64,000 nt of DNA, taken from positions 11,404 through 75,403 of the forward strand of contig CAYLYZ010000005.1 in assembly GCA_964387885.1 (NCBI GenBank). The letters run 5' to 3'. Of the stretch, positions 10,201-19,165 are shown piece after piece; the stretch's first letter is position 1, and each line of letters opens with the position of its first letter. A program made the position numbers and the translations under genes. This DNA comes from an uncultured bacterium. GTDB lineage: Bacteria; Electryoneota; AABM5-125-24; Hatepunaeales; Hatepunaeaceae. The notes under the pieces are model-generated. The model had not been told where the DNA came from and did no database searches. It worked only from the letters and a program-made list of their open reading frames with translations.

Positions 10201-13200
10201 CAGATATAACCGTTCGTACAAACCGTAACCTGATCAAAAATCTCACCATAGTACTGGTTTTCGAACGGCAGATCCAAAACAACTGATTCCCCGACATTAT
10301 GCTCTGAACGTCCTGTGAAATCATCAATTAGTGTACCATCAAAATCACGGTCATCATCCTCTCTGCTAATCTCAACCCATTCATATTCAGGTGCAATCTC
10401 CCAATCATCGTCAGTGTTATCAAAGCAAATATACCCGTAATCATCGGGACCCTGTGGACTGTTTTCCCCTGTTTCACCAACCTGCAGATCGAAATAGGCT
10501 GTATCAACAAAGCCTTCCTCATTCGTTAGAACAAGCATCATCGGATTTGTCATACCGGGGACAACGACACTGTTACCACTGATTGTGAAGCGCTGATTTC
10601 CCTCCAGTCTTTCGTGTCTATTCGACCTGATTGCCGGGAAAGCAGCAGTTGCTTCAACAACTCCAACTCCCATATCAAGTGAGAATAACTCACCCTCGAC
10701 CGGAGAACTATTCAGACCTCCGATATTCTCAAGATCGATATCTAACTCGTCCATCTCCGTAGGGACAACATTACCACCTGGGATGGCGCGAACCTTGAAA
10801 TTCGGGGCTACAGGCAGTAATTCAATTGCTGACTGCCACGTCGTTTCACCAGATGTAAATTCAACCATCAATTTTGGTCTTGTCGAAGGACGGGCTTCAC
10901 CATCAGGACAAGATTGATGAAGAGTAAATGCGACTTCTTCTTCACCATCAGCAGTTTCTCCGTTGGCAATATCCCCAAAAGAAATTTCATTTTCTTCAAC
11001 TTCTATCCAGGGTGAATTACTTGTTACTACTGCTGTAACAGCTTCGGCGTCGTCACGGTTTCCAAGGTTGCCTGCTGTTAGGGCAATTGTAAAGGATTCA
11101 CCAGGACTCAAATCCGGATCTTCATCACCTTCAACCTCGGTAAAATCGTATCCTGCAATATCTACCGCTATTCGAGGTGTTTCAATTTCAATCTCACCAA
11201 AATTCGGGAGGATATCCCGTCCGGTAGTTGTTACAAACATCGTCCCGCGATCAAATTCATTTCCATCTTCAAACACAAATCTCGCATAACCGTCAGCTCC
11301 TGTGAACATTGTCATCTGGAATACTTCGTGATTAGCATATTGTGCTCCACCATCAGGCAGATCTCCGGGAACATATAGCGTTACCCTGGCACCCTCGAAT
11401 GGTGCATCTTCATCGTCAGGTTCGTGAACGTAAACTTCAACCAATCTTGATTCAGTGGAAATAGATTCAACATGCTCCATTTCGACCTCGATCGGAACAC
11501 CCCGCCAGGGTTGGATTCCAGGATCACCATAAGCATCAACATCTGTTTTAACAATCAGGTAGGACCGTTGACCTCTAAATTGAACATCCTGAAAATACTG
11601 TTCGAAATTATTTTTCCCGTAAATATGTCCCCATCCAAAATTCATATCATGCTGCATCACACCATCAACCAATCCAAGCCAGAAAACACTCATCGGTGCT
11701 GTGGGAGGTCCGCCCCATCCACATGTTGCGGCAACCCAGCCTTTGAGGTTATTTCCATCACCTGTTCGAGTCATGTGCCATGTAGCCCACTCTCCATGCC
11801 CACTGGAATTCAGACGTATTGGGAATACTACATTCCGATCAACACCATTAAAGTTCTGACGCCAATAATAAACTTCAGCACGACTCATTACTACATTCGT
11901 TTGGCCGTTTAGAAGATCACGAACCCATGGACCATATCGGGCAGCCCGTTGGTCCCAATCGTAATCCTCAAAGGTATCGATTTCATCATAACCCAAATGT
12001 TCAAGTACTTCAGCGCCCCATCGAACATTGGTGTTGATCGTAACATGCCAGGCTGTGTTTGCTCCATTCCCCCAGTGAGTGGAACCTACACCACCGTGAG
12101 TAAACCAGTCCGTATTTTCCATATAGGGTTCAGCCTCATAAGCCAGAGTCCTGCCAACGTTGAGTGCCATGAGCTGATTGCTGCCTGATGCCCACCTTGC
12201 ATAACCGACATCCGGATGGTTGTCATTACCGTCAAGAAGAGCGAATTTGTAATCAGCATGTGCCGGATTTCCCCAGAGACTTTCACCGGCTTCAGCATGA
12301 ACCACCCATTGTGAGTTGGGTCCGCAACTCTGATGATTCTGACGATCACCAATAATCAATAAGTTGTCGAATGGATCTTCACCTTCTTCAACATAGCCGT
12401 TATATAGATCTCTGATGTTTCTTCTGACTGAGTTCGCATCCTGCTGACCCAGACTTAGGATATCAACCTTGTAACCGGCTTTCCGTCGCCATTCTATAAA
12501 AGGTCTCGCAGGAATTACGCAGTTCGGGTGGGATGCGATGCAATAGTGACCCGCCCAGGGTGAAATCTTCTCTGCATCATCTCGCAAAAGAACATCCGAG
12601 TTAGCTGCTATTGCATCTATATATTTAATGAACTCACGGCTCATAGTCCTGCGCTCCGGATGTTCGACAGGATTAACCGGGGCTTCGTCCGTATATACAA
12701 CCTCAGCTTGAATGTTCTCGCGATGCAGATATGTATTTGTTTCCGCATTATACTGCATCGGGTAAGTTGATACCATTACCATTCGAACTCCACGGACGAT
12801 CACAGGAGCAGACATCTCTGCTATTACAGGGGGATAGACGCCGGTTAGTTCTTCGACATCTCCATCGTGAAACTCAGCAAACTTCTCATCGAGGTTTAGC
12901 AAGGGTGGATTTTCCGCTCTTGTTTCGACAGGTGTGCTGCTGTTTACTTCGAGCCTCAGTCCTGCATCAGGAGGAACAATGATGAAACGGCTGACACGTG
13001 GCAAGACCGGTTTGCCAAACTCATAGGTTAGTCCTTCACCAGTGAGAGATGTTGCTGTAAAGGTCTGGTTCTGATATTCGACGGCTCTTGTAACAATTGA
13101 TCCAAAATCATAGTCGATTAGAACACTGTGATCACCAGTCTGAACTTCCGCAGTCTGAAACCGAACGTCTTCAGATATGCCTGCAGAAAAACTTACAGGT

Positions 13201-13250
13201 GTAATAATTAAATAAATAAGAAGGAAAACAAAGATAGCAGTCTTATGCAT
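7299..13250 (-). CDS. Giant T9SS cargo protein. Probable gingipain-like peptidase C25 region at the N-terminus. It also has a carboxypeptidase-regulatory-like domain, the shared C-terminal cassette and a T9SS CTD.
   Basis: 1983 aa with a signal peptide. The G.P.LP...I.P block (TYEFGKPVLPRVSRFIIVPPDAG), FIEWRRKAGYKVDIL, LLIIGD and SGHGEW motifs resemble the C25 family. CIVVGTVTDFETGEPVEGVVVATEHGFTAVTDENGEYT is CarbopepD_reg-like. The C-terminus is GIYPNPFN...SGVYFARL. Confidence 0.75.
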   Translation of the reverse strand: MHKTAIFVFLLIYLIITPVSFSAGISEDVRFQTAEVQTGDHSVLIDYDFGSIVTRAVEYQNQTFTATSLTGEGLTYEFGKPVLPRVSRFIIVPPDAGLRLEVNSSTPVETRAENPPLLNLDEKFAEFHDGDVEELTGVYPPVIAEMSAPVIVRGVRMVMVSTYPMQYNAETNTYLHRENIQAEVVYTDEAPVNPVEHPERRTMSREFIKYIDAIAANSDVLLRDDAEKISPWAGHYCIASHPNCVIPARPFIEWRRKAGYKVDILSLGQQDANSVRRNIRDLYNGYVEEGEDPFDNLLIIGDRQNHQSCGPNSQWVVHAEAGESLWGNPAHADYKFALLDGNDNHPDVGYARWASGSNQLMALNVGRTLAYEAEPYMENTDWFTHGGVGSTHWGNGANTAWHVTINTNVRWGAEVLEHLGYDEIDTFEDYDWDQRAARYGPWVRDLLNGQTNVVMSRAEVYYWRQNFNGVDRNVVFPIRLNSSGHGEWATWHMTRTGDGNNLKGWVAATCGWGGPPTAPMSVFWLGLVDGVMQHDMNFGWGHIYGKNNFEQYFQDVQFRGQRSYLIVKTDVDAYGDPGIQPWRGVPIEVEMEHVESISTESRLVEVYVHEPDDEDAPFEGARVTLYVPGDLPDGGAQYANHEVFQMTMFTGADGYARFVFEDGNEFDRGTMFVTTTGRDILPNFGEIEIETPRIAVDIAGYDFTEVEGDEDPDLSPGESFTIALTAGNLGNRDDAEAVTAVVTSNSPWIEVEENEISFGDIANGETADGEEEVAFTLHQSCPDGEARPSTRPKLMVEFTSGETTWQSAIELLPVAPNFKVRAIPGGNVVPTEMDELDIDLENIGGLNSSPVEGELFSLDMGVGVVEATAAFPAIRSNRHERLEGNQRFTISGNSVVVPGMTNPMMLVLTNEEGFVDTAYFDLQVGETGENSPQGPDDYGYICFDNTDDDWEIAPEYEWVEISREDDDRDFDGTLIDDFTGRSEHNVGESVVLDLPFENQYYGEIFDQVTVCTNGYICMGDQGEITNFQNWPLDQGIGAGAGTIAPFWDWLQLGNNGEIYYYYDEDDARFIIEWYRLRHREGGNNDLTFQVILYDHDVWITETGDQNILIQYKSISQARGPQEGSAWEKNVPYASVGISSPDGTTGLSYSYNNQYPVTSAPLAARRAIFYSTSPRYKACIVVGTVTDFETGEPVEGVVVATEHGFTAVTDENGEYTINGALAEVPFDISARKLGYNDSTKFDFEIPEDEEETIDFSLLHPEFTPSTERIANRLPEAQASEHEFTVTNTGNGMLTWSVARELRGDANADPWEYRRGYPVGQEIGDSRLQGVVFIEDRFYVAGSNNRDPQIYVVNREGELIEQYDQFGPGGGYGHKDLGFDGEWIWGSGTGNVYAFTPDGELMLEADGPFNPNNNFAWDPDREIMWVSSTTSDIIGLDREGNEVGELDRQSLRVYGLSYWPEDPDGFGLYIYHKNSQIADQIVHKMNPDNGDTAFVEILEPEAGGTPAASFITNQFDVYSWVFITISNTGPNDRIDIWQLDVRRDWMQVEPVTGSLEPDESEDFLLTLNSTGLPEVEFVGDLVYTHNAEGGETLIEISLEVLPAGPRIDDRLIEMVEGWNMISLNVNPEERDIPTILAPLVEQDQIIIFKDGQGRFYLPAHNFNNIPEWAVGEGFLIGVTEDTSLEITGMEIPFDTPIALSEGWNMKAYFPRDPIDATVALAGIADQLLLAKDVLGRFYLPEFGFSNMGEMAELSAYQFNVSEDVELIYQDGEGERVAFVTADVPVDPNHYTILTPTGINMSVFAQGSPDNAGWELAAITESGRVVGSGRFDSEGRCGLAVWGDNPATDEIEGLVDGEGAELRVWTGHSELSAQLNESGEIVFKTDGLETGKLSMSEIPTEFGLTGIYPNPFNATTRLNFALPSHEHVRLSIYDVSGREVATLINSDLTAGYHSATWNASTISSGVYFARLSGSTDIKVAKLMLLK

Positions 13251-13402
13251 AGTTCCTTTCTCCGGGTTTCCGTTAGTAATGCAATGGGTCTGACAGTCAA
13301 TTAAAAAAAGAAAATCTGCCCAGTATCTCCAAATTGAAAATGTTCAAGGTTGTTTTTTACCCAGAACCTACTCTTTAAAATATAACACAAAACGCGAAAA
13401 TT

Positions 13403-13422
13403 CTGGTGATTTACATCACCAG
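13403..13422 (-). terminator. Hairpin CTGGTGAT-ttac-ATCACCAG followed on the minus strand by a T-rich tract. Candidate terminator of the lipoprotein gene.
   Basis: Perfect 8-bp stem. Minus-strand downstream sequence is AATTTTCGCGTTTTGTG. Confidence 0.35.
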
Positions 13423-13586
13423 CAAATCGAGCTCATTGGTCGAATTATCTAATGATAACAGGAAAATAAGACTGAAATCGATATTTAGATCATCCGACGT
13501 TTTAAAGCCGTCAATATTAAATGACGACATTTGTAAAATCTTTCTCCTGACGAACAAACTCCTCTTTACCTGCCTTAAAACTGATC

Positions 13587-14048
13587 CTAATCATGTACCT
13601 CTTCATTGTTGCTGGCAGTCGTATCTTTCACCTCTTCCGATTGAATCAATATGGGAATTTCATCAATATTTTTACCCAGATTCTCAATCTCAAACTTAGC
13701 GCCTTCGATTAAACCGGCATCTGCAATATCAGAATATGTTTCAAGAAATCGATTTAATTCTATGCGCGCTTGTTCATAATCCTTAATATCATTGGCATAA
13801 GTATAACCAATCATGAACTGAGAATTTGCACCCTGTTTTGTCTTCGGAAAATCACGAGTAATTTGACGATAAATTTCGACCGCTTCCGAATGTTTCTTGT
13901 TTTTTTGTAGTTCTTGAGCCTTGGCAAATAACTCCACTTCTGAATGAGTTATATCTTCTTTCTTTTTTTCTCCGCAACTGCTTATAAATACTAAAGCTAC
14001 AATCAACAGAAGTGATACGAAGCCGGACCTTTTGATCCAAACTCTCAT
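13587..14048 (-). CDS. Small TPR-like lipoprotein. Lipobox LSSC. Start probably at MRVWIKR.
   Basis: Signal peptide plus Cys (FISSCGEKK). Helical TPR-like repeats (AVEIYRQITRDFPKTKQGANSQFMIGYTY). Confidence 0.6.
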   Translation of the reverse strand: MRVWIKRSGFVSLLLIVALVFISSCGEKKKEDITHSEVELFAKAQELQKNKKHSEAVEIYRQITRDFPKTKQGANSQFMIGYTYANDIKDYEQARIELNRFLETYSDIADAGLIEGAKFEIENLGKNIDEIPILIQSEEVKDTTASNNEEVHD

Positions 14049-14252
14049 GCGATACCCCAATTGTTTAACTCCACTTTACCCCCCAAGTTAGCTAAAAAAA
14101 TCCTGCATTCACTAACGCCCAATTTAAATTGGAAGTTCCTGAAAAGCAAGCTGTCTTCCAATTTAAAATAAAAACTCGATTGGTCATTTTCCAAATATTA
14201 ACAGCTTTCTTAAACTAATTACCGAACTGCTTAAACTTGCGAGTAGAATTTA

Positions 14253-16058
14253 CTAAGGTAAATACAGTAAACGCGTCACAGCAAAATTGCTTCCACCTGC
14301 TATCCTGCAAAAATATAAACCAGAAGTCAATCCAAGTACCTGTGAATCAATTACGGCTTCATATTTTCCAGGCTCTATCTGTTTGCCCTGCAACTGAGTT
14401 ATTAATCTGCCGGTCTGATCAATAATTTCAATTTTTCCGTTTTCAAAAGTCGTTGACCGAAATATTATTCTCGCAAAAGAATTAAACGGATTTGGATAAA
14501 CCTGCAATTTTATTTCTGATGGGACTGACGGATTATCAACAATAATAGGTGCTGACATTGGATTATCCGCAGGCCTGAGCCCGCTTCGGTACATATCCGC
14601 TTTGTAGGTCAACCACACATCCTCGGTGACCAGTCCAGGCGTGTCCCAGATGAAAACTCGACGATCAGTAGTGGCTGCAACTAAATCGAGGTCACCATCC
14701 ATATCGATATCCCAGATTGTCGGGGTTGCTGAAATGACACCTCCACCATGATTTCGAAGTGAGATCGGAAAACCATCGAGAACATTTCCGTTTGAATCCC
14801 ATGCTGATATTAGTCCATGATTTCCCTCAACAGGGGATAAAGCTGCAATGATATCAGTAGTTCCATCACCTGACATATCAGCCAGTAATGCAGATCCAAT
14901 AACTGAGTTATCTAATCTTATCGGGAAAGACTCCAGAACTTCTCCGTCCATGGTCCAGGCGTATATCCTTCCCTCAGAATCAGGGTTAAAACTTCCAAAG
15001 ACGATTTCTGGATTATCATCACCATTAATATCAGCTATAACCGGATTACCTTCTGGATGTCCGGGTACACATTCAACCGGGAATCCATCAAGGATTTCAC
15101 CATTCCCATTGAGCACATATACTCCTGCCATATTTTCATCGGCAACAGCTGCCCAAAATATTATTTCCAATCCACCATCACCATCAATATCCGCAAGAGA
15201 AGGTGAACCCCCAATTGTATGGAAATTCCCAAATGGAAAACCTTCAACCACGGATCCATCGCATTCCCATGCCCATATTTGGGCATAGTTTTCTAAATAC
15301 CGGGAATTACCAATGACTATATCCGGATTGCCATCGTTGTTAATATCTCCTGATACAGGAGAAGATCCCGAACCACGGGGATATTCTACTGGCCAGTTTT
15401 CTAATTCGTCACCATTTCTTTTAATTACATGTAAAAGGGCACTGGTGTTTAAGCTGTCAGGATTGGATGAATATGTATTAAGGATAATTTCGAGCTCTCC
15501 ATCATCATCGAAATCAGATAGTACCGGTACACCGGAATGAATTTGATTCCCGAAATCAATGGGAAAAGGTTCCGGCTCACTTTCATCCTCGCGAACAACA
15601 TGGAGATATCCGATATCTGTTGAATAGATAATCTCTCTGAAACCGTTACCGCAAAAATCACCGGTTGCCGCAGTAGCATTGTGTCGAGGATTTATCCATG
15701 ACCTGGGGCGATTGCCAATATGAGCTCGGGATGGAAATCCGGGAAAATTTGCTGCATCATGTTGAAATGCATGAAGCCTGTTTTCAGTATTAAGAACAGC
15801 CAGTTCCCAATCTCCGGTATTATCAAAATCCATTACGGCGATGCTTTGTCCCCATAATGCTGCTGATCCGGCCATCCCTCTTGGCCAGCCAAATTGAACG
15901 TTAAAATCCTCTGGATTATCTCGGACAGGTCCTTTTGAATTTGACAATAAGCCAAAAGACGTGTTTTCCTCGTACTCTGTTGTATGTTCAGTAGCGATAA
16001 CACTCTGGCATACTAAAAAGGATATTGCTGTTAAGCAAATCAGTAGCGTTTTATTCAT
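14253..16058 (-). CDS. FG-GAP repeat (integrin-alpha-like) beta-propeller protein with a T9SS CTD.
   Basis: 601 aa. Repeats DFDDDGELEIIL, DINNDGNPDIVIG, DIDGDGGLEIIF, DINGDDNPEIVFG, DMSGDGTTDIIA. C-terminus VYPNPFNSFARIIF...SGLYFCRI. Confidence 0.8.
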   Translation of the reverse strand: MNKTLLICLTAISFLVCQSVIATEHTTEYEENTSFGLLSNSKGPVRDNPEDFNVQFGWPRGMAGSAALWGQSIAVMDFDNTGDWELAVLNTENRLHAFQHDAANFPGFPSRAHIGNRPRSWINPRHNATAATGDFCGNGFREIIYSTDIGYLHVVREDESEPEPFPIDFGNQIHSGVPVLSDFDDDGELEIILNTYSSNPDSLNTSALLHVIKRNGDELENWPVEYPRGSGSSPVSGDINNDGNPDIVIGNSRYLENYAQIWAWECDGSVVEGFPFGNFHTIGGSPSLADIDGDGGLEIIFWAAVADENMAGVYVLNGNGEILDGFPVECVPGHPEGNPVIADINGDDNPEIVFGSFNPDSEGRIYAWTMDGEVLESFPIRLDNSVIGSALLADMSGDGTTDIIAALSPVEGNHGLISAWDSNGNVLDGFPISLRNHGGGVISATPTIWDIDMDGDLDLVAATTDRRVFIWDTPGLVTEDVWLTYKADMYRSGLRPADNPMSAPIIVDNPSVPSEIKLQVYPNPFNSFARIIFRSTTFENGKIEIIDQTGRLITQLQGKQIEPGKYEAVIDSQVLGLTSGLYFCRIAGGSNFAVTRLLYLP

Positions 16059-16156
16059 GCAGTACCTTAACGTGTCAAACGCCGATGTCTTTGGAATAAA
16101 TCTCCCAAAAAACTCGGCGTTGATGACAAATAGTTTTCGAAATTCCGTAAGTTCTA

Positions 16157-19135
16157 CTATCGAAGCAATTCAACCGGACGTATAACGCGGTTCACTGCCG
16201 ATTGAATCTCCATAAAATACATTCCACTCGGAAGAGGTTCTCCGGATACTCCTGTCCCATGCCAGAGCATTCTGTGAGTTCCTGGGGATAATTGTAAAGT
16301 TTGAACACCGTACACTTCACGACCGAGTATATTAACTACGCGCATTGTCAGTCGTCCGGGTTGTGAAATCCTGATCGGGACAATAACGGAGCTGTTAAAT
16401 GGATTTGGATATGCGGGATCAACAATGAACGCTTCCGGAACAGAAGGCTTTTGAGGATCATAAGGAACATCTCGATTTCCGACATAAGAACCGGCAAAGC
16501 AGAATACCGTTCCATTTTCCATTGCCCCAAAAATGTCCATCTCACCATTTCCATCTATGTCGCGAGCTCCTTCAACAAGGACAAATCCATGCCCTTCATC
16601 GACATTGCTATATGACCATAGACCGTCCGAACCATTTCCGCTGTAAGCATATAACCTGCCACTGGCAGTGCCAACAAGAAAATCCATTCTGTTATCGAAA
16701 TCATAATCCATTAAAAGCGCCATTGAAGCGGTGACTGATCCGACATAAACAGACGTATCCCATGCTGCTTCAGAAGTACGACCGTCAATTGCTCTGATCA
16801 CAAAGTCATCCCCGTAAAGTATATCAGGGCTGCCATTGCCATTAACATCGTTGGTCGGAATTGCTTTCTGAAGTTCTGGATGAGATCGATTATTCCATAG
16901 TGTTATACCATTGGAACCATTTATTACGGTTATTCCACTGTTATAAGTCTGGAATCCAATATCCGTGCTGCCATCACCGTTAGCATCATCTAATAGCGAA
17001 AAAGAACTGCGGATTGAACCCTCGACTTCATTTTCCCAGACCACTCTACCACGACGCCCATCAACACCTCGAACACCTCCGTCCTCAAACACTACCGTTA
17101 AATCGTCGATGTGATCACCATTAAAATCAGGGACGATGTAAGAGTATTTCGGGATGCCATCGAGCTCAAGTTCCCAGATAAGCCTTCCGGTTTCGCCGTT
17201 CAAAAGAACAATCGCATTTGTTGTGTGCTGTTCATCCACAGCTGCAATTGCAGCAAAAACATCTAATATCTCATCACCATTGAAATCCTGTTCCCCATTG
17301 GCAACAATTATGTTTCCTCCACTGCCATGCATCCCATTGCTATCAAATACCCAAATCACTTCACCGGTTCGACCGGATAAAGTGATTACCTGTTTTGCGC
17401 CTCCGGATAAACCAACAACGATGTCTTTTACGCCATCTTCATCCAGATCGTCGGTGTTTGAAAGTGCATCCGGGTTCTTAACCAAACCTCTGCGCCATGG
17501 ATTAAGATTGGTGTGGTATGTCCAAATCGCAATTGCGGTATCGGTGGATGCCGCATGATAAGCACGAATCTTAAAATCGTTCGATGCGATAACCACATCG
17601 GCTAATCCATCACCTGTGACATCATCGATCGCTTTTATTGCTCGAGCCTGCGGAACAGGCATCTCACGGTTCCCGACTACAGTTGTCCAAAGAACTTCCC
17701 CGGCGCGGTAGTTATCAAGTTCGGTTGTACCGCTGAGGGAAACTGCAATCTCAGGTGTGTCCGGATCATTGCTTCGAATTAAAACGGATTCTGCGAAGGC
17801 TCTATTATCATATCTGTTTGGTCTAAAGAAAATGGGAATTCTGTATAATCCGGGTTCATTAAAGGTGTGTGGGAAATCGTAATAGCCACTCCAAAATGAA
17901 TCATTTGAAAAACGAAGTTCTTCTATACGTAACGGTTCTGCACCTTCACTCTCTATTTCAAGATATCTCAGGTTTGATCCATTTACCAATGCCCCGCAAC
18001 GGGTTTCACCAAAGTCTATTACACGTTGATGGATAACGATATTACGTTCTCTTCGGATGCCCTTTCCACGTAAGTCAACCCAATATGTTTCATCATCAAT
18101 ATCATATGTAAAACCCCATTGAATTCTGACAGAATCTTCATAGCCAGGTTCAAATGCAAACCTCATTAGTGCAGAATCTCCTCCTGCCAGATATTCCGGA
18201 AAGCGCCAGACATAGGGTACAAAGATATCCTCGTTGCCATCTCTGGATTGCAATTCAATAAGCCTTGCACGACGAGCACCATCATTAAAAACCCACAAAT
18301 CCCATTCAACCATTTCACCGATCTGGACAGATCCGAAGTTGTGGTTTAATGTGGAGAATCGAATATTACCATCCAATATTGTAAGAACTTTATAAAGTCT
18401 GTCTGTTTCTCCGTCCACACCATTATCAATCATCCAAAGGTAGGTCCCGTCGGATGTCAGTCCATCCGGATTATTCCCGGGAGTCTCAAATGTTCTGACG
18501 AAACGACCGCTCTCGGGGTTAACTTCACGAATCTCCTGGGCAAGGCGATCAGCCACAAATACTCTACCCCGATGGAATGCCGCATCACGAGTGTGACGGC
18601 CTGTAAAAGGCATGGAGCGAAGAACTCTACCCTTAGCATCCAGCTGTAAAATCGTACCATTTTGAGCTGAAAATGTTGCAGTCCAAAACGTCGTTCCATC
18701 TTTTCCAAGACCACCAAGGTTCGGCAGAGGATTGTCAAACGCTACCATACTGCCATTTCTATTAACATAATAGGTTTGATCACTGCGTGGAGATTGATAA
18801 GCAAGTCCACCATTAAGAGCCGCAAGCCCAATACAATCGGGAATTGGTGCGCGAATACTGTCTACTATCAAGCCCGATTCAGGGTCTAAGGATCTAATCC
18901 ACTCGCCACGTTCACCTATTCCGCCTATCCAGAGGAATTCACCGTCCCATGCCAATCCGGAAGAATACTCCGGAATATCAAATGTTTCGATAATGGGATC
19001 GGCTCCAACCGTTCCGGAAATGAGGATAATAACAAGAATAACTGTAATCATCCCGGTACTAAACCTGATCATGGAAGTTGCGTCATCGTTTCCGATGTTC
19101 TTTTGAAATCTGAGATTGATTTGTCTTTTAAACAT
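16157..19135 (-). CDS. Large T9SS cargo protein. N-terminal beta-propeller resembles glutaminyl cyclase. It is followed by Ig-like regions, about 8 FG-GAP repeats and a CTD.
   Basis: 992 aa. N-terminal blades GLAWDGEFLWIG, GKDGTTFWTAT and GLTSDGTYLWMID. FG-GAP repeats such as DVTGDGLADVVIA, DLDEDGVKDIVVG and DVNGNGSPDILYG. C-terminus YPNPFNSSVIVPIRIS...SGMYFMEI. Confidence 0.8.
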   Translation of the reverse strand: MFKRQINLRFQKNIGNDDATSMIRFSTGMITVILVIILISGTVGADPIIETFDIPEYSSGLAWDGEFLWIGGIGERGEWIRSLDPESGLIVDSIRAPIPDCIGLAALNGGLAYQSPRSDQTYYVNRNGSMVAFDNPLPNLGGLGKDGTTFWTATFSAQNGTILQLDAKGRVLRSMPFTGRHTRDAAFHRGRVFVADRLAQEIREVNPESGRFVRTFETPGNNPDGLTSDGTYLWMIDNGVDGETDRLYKVLTILDGNIRFSTLNHNFGSVQIGEMVEWDLWVFNDGARRARLIELQSRDGNEDIFVPYVWRFPEYLAGGDSALMRFAFEPGYEDSVRIQWGFTYDIDDETYWVDLRGKGIRRERNIVIHQRVIDFGETRCGALVNGSNLRYLEIESEGAEPLRIEELRFSNDSFWSGYYDFPHTFNEPGLYRIPIFFRPNRYDNRAFAESVLIRSNDPDTPEIAVSLSGTTELDNYRAGEVLWTTVVGNREMPVPQARAIKAIDDVTGDGLADVVIASNDFKIRAYHAASTDTAIAIWTYHTNLNPWRRGLVKNPDALSNTDDLDEDGVKDIVVGLSGGAKQVITLSGRTGEVIWVFDSNGMHGSGGNIIVANGEQDFNGDEILDVFAAIAAVDEQHTTNAIVLLNGETGRLIWELELDGIPKYSYIVPDFNGDHIDDLTVVFEDGGVRGVDGRRGRVVWENEVEGSIRSSFSLLDDANGDGSTDIGFQTYNSGITVINGSNGITLWNNRSHPELQKAIPTNDVNGNGSPDILYGDDFVIRAIDGRTSEAAWDTSVYVGSVTASMALLMDYDFDNRMDFLVGTASGRLYAYSGNGSDGLWSYSNVDEGHGFVLVEGARDIDGNGEMDIFGAMENGTVFCFAGSYVGNRDVPYDPQKPSVPEAFIVDPAYPNPFNSSVIVPIRISQPGRLTMRVVNILGREVYGVQTLQLSPGTHRMLWHGTGVSGEPLPSGMYFMEIQSAVNRVIRPVELLR

Positions 19136-19165
19136 TTCTTATCCAACTATGCGATGAAATTAAAA

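Noticed and set aside
13406-13699. 97-aa plus-strand ORF in the 13.25-13.6 kb gap
   Set aside because: It overlaps the lipoprotein gene on the opposite strand and has no ribosome-binding site. The gap is better explained by a terminator hairpin and the promoter region of the giant gene.
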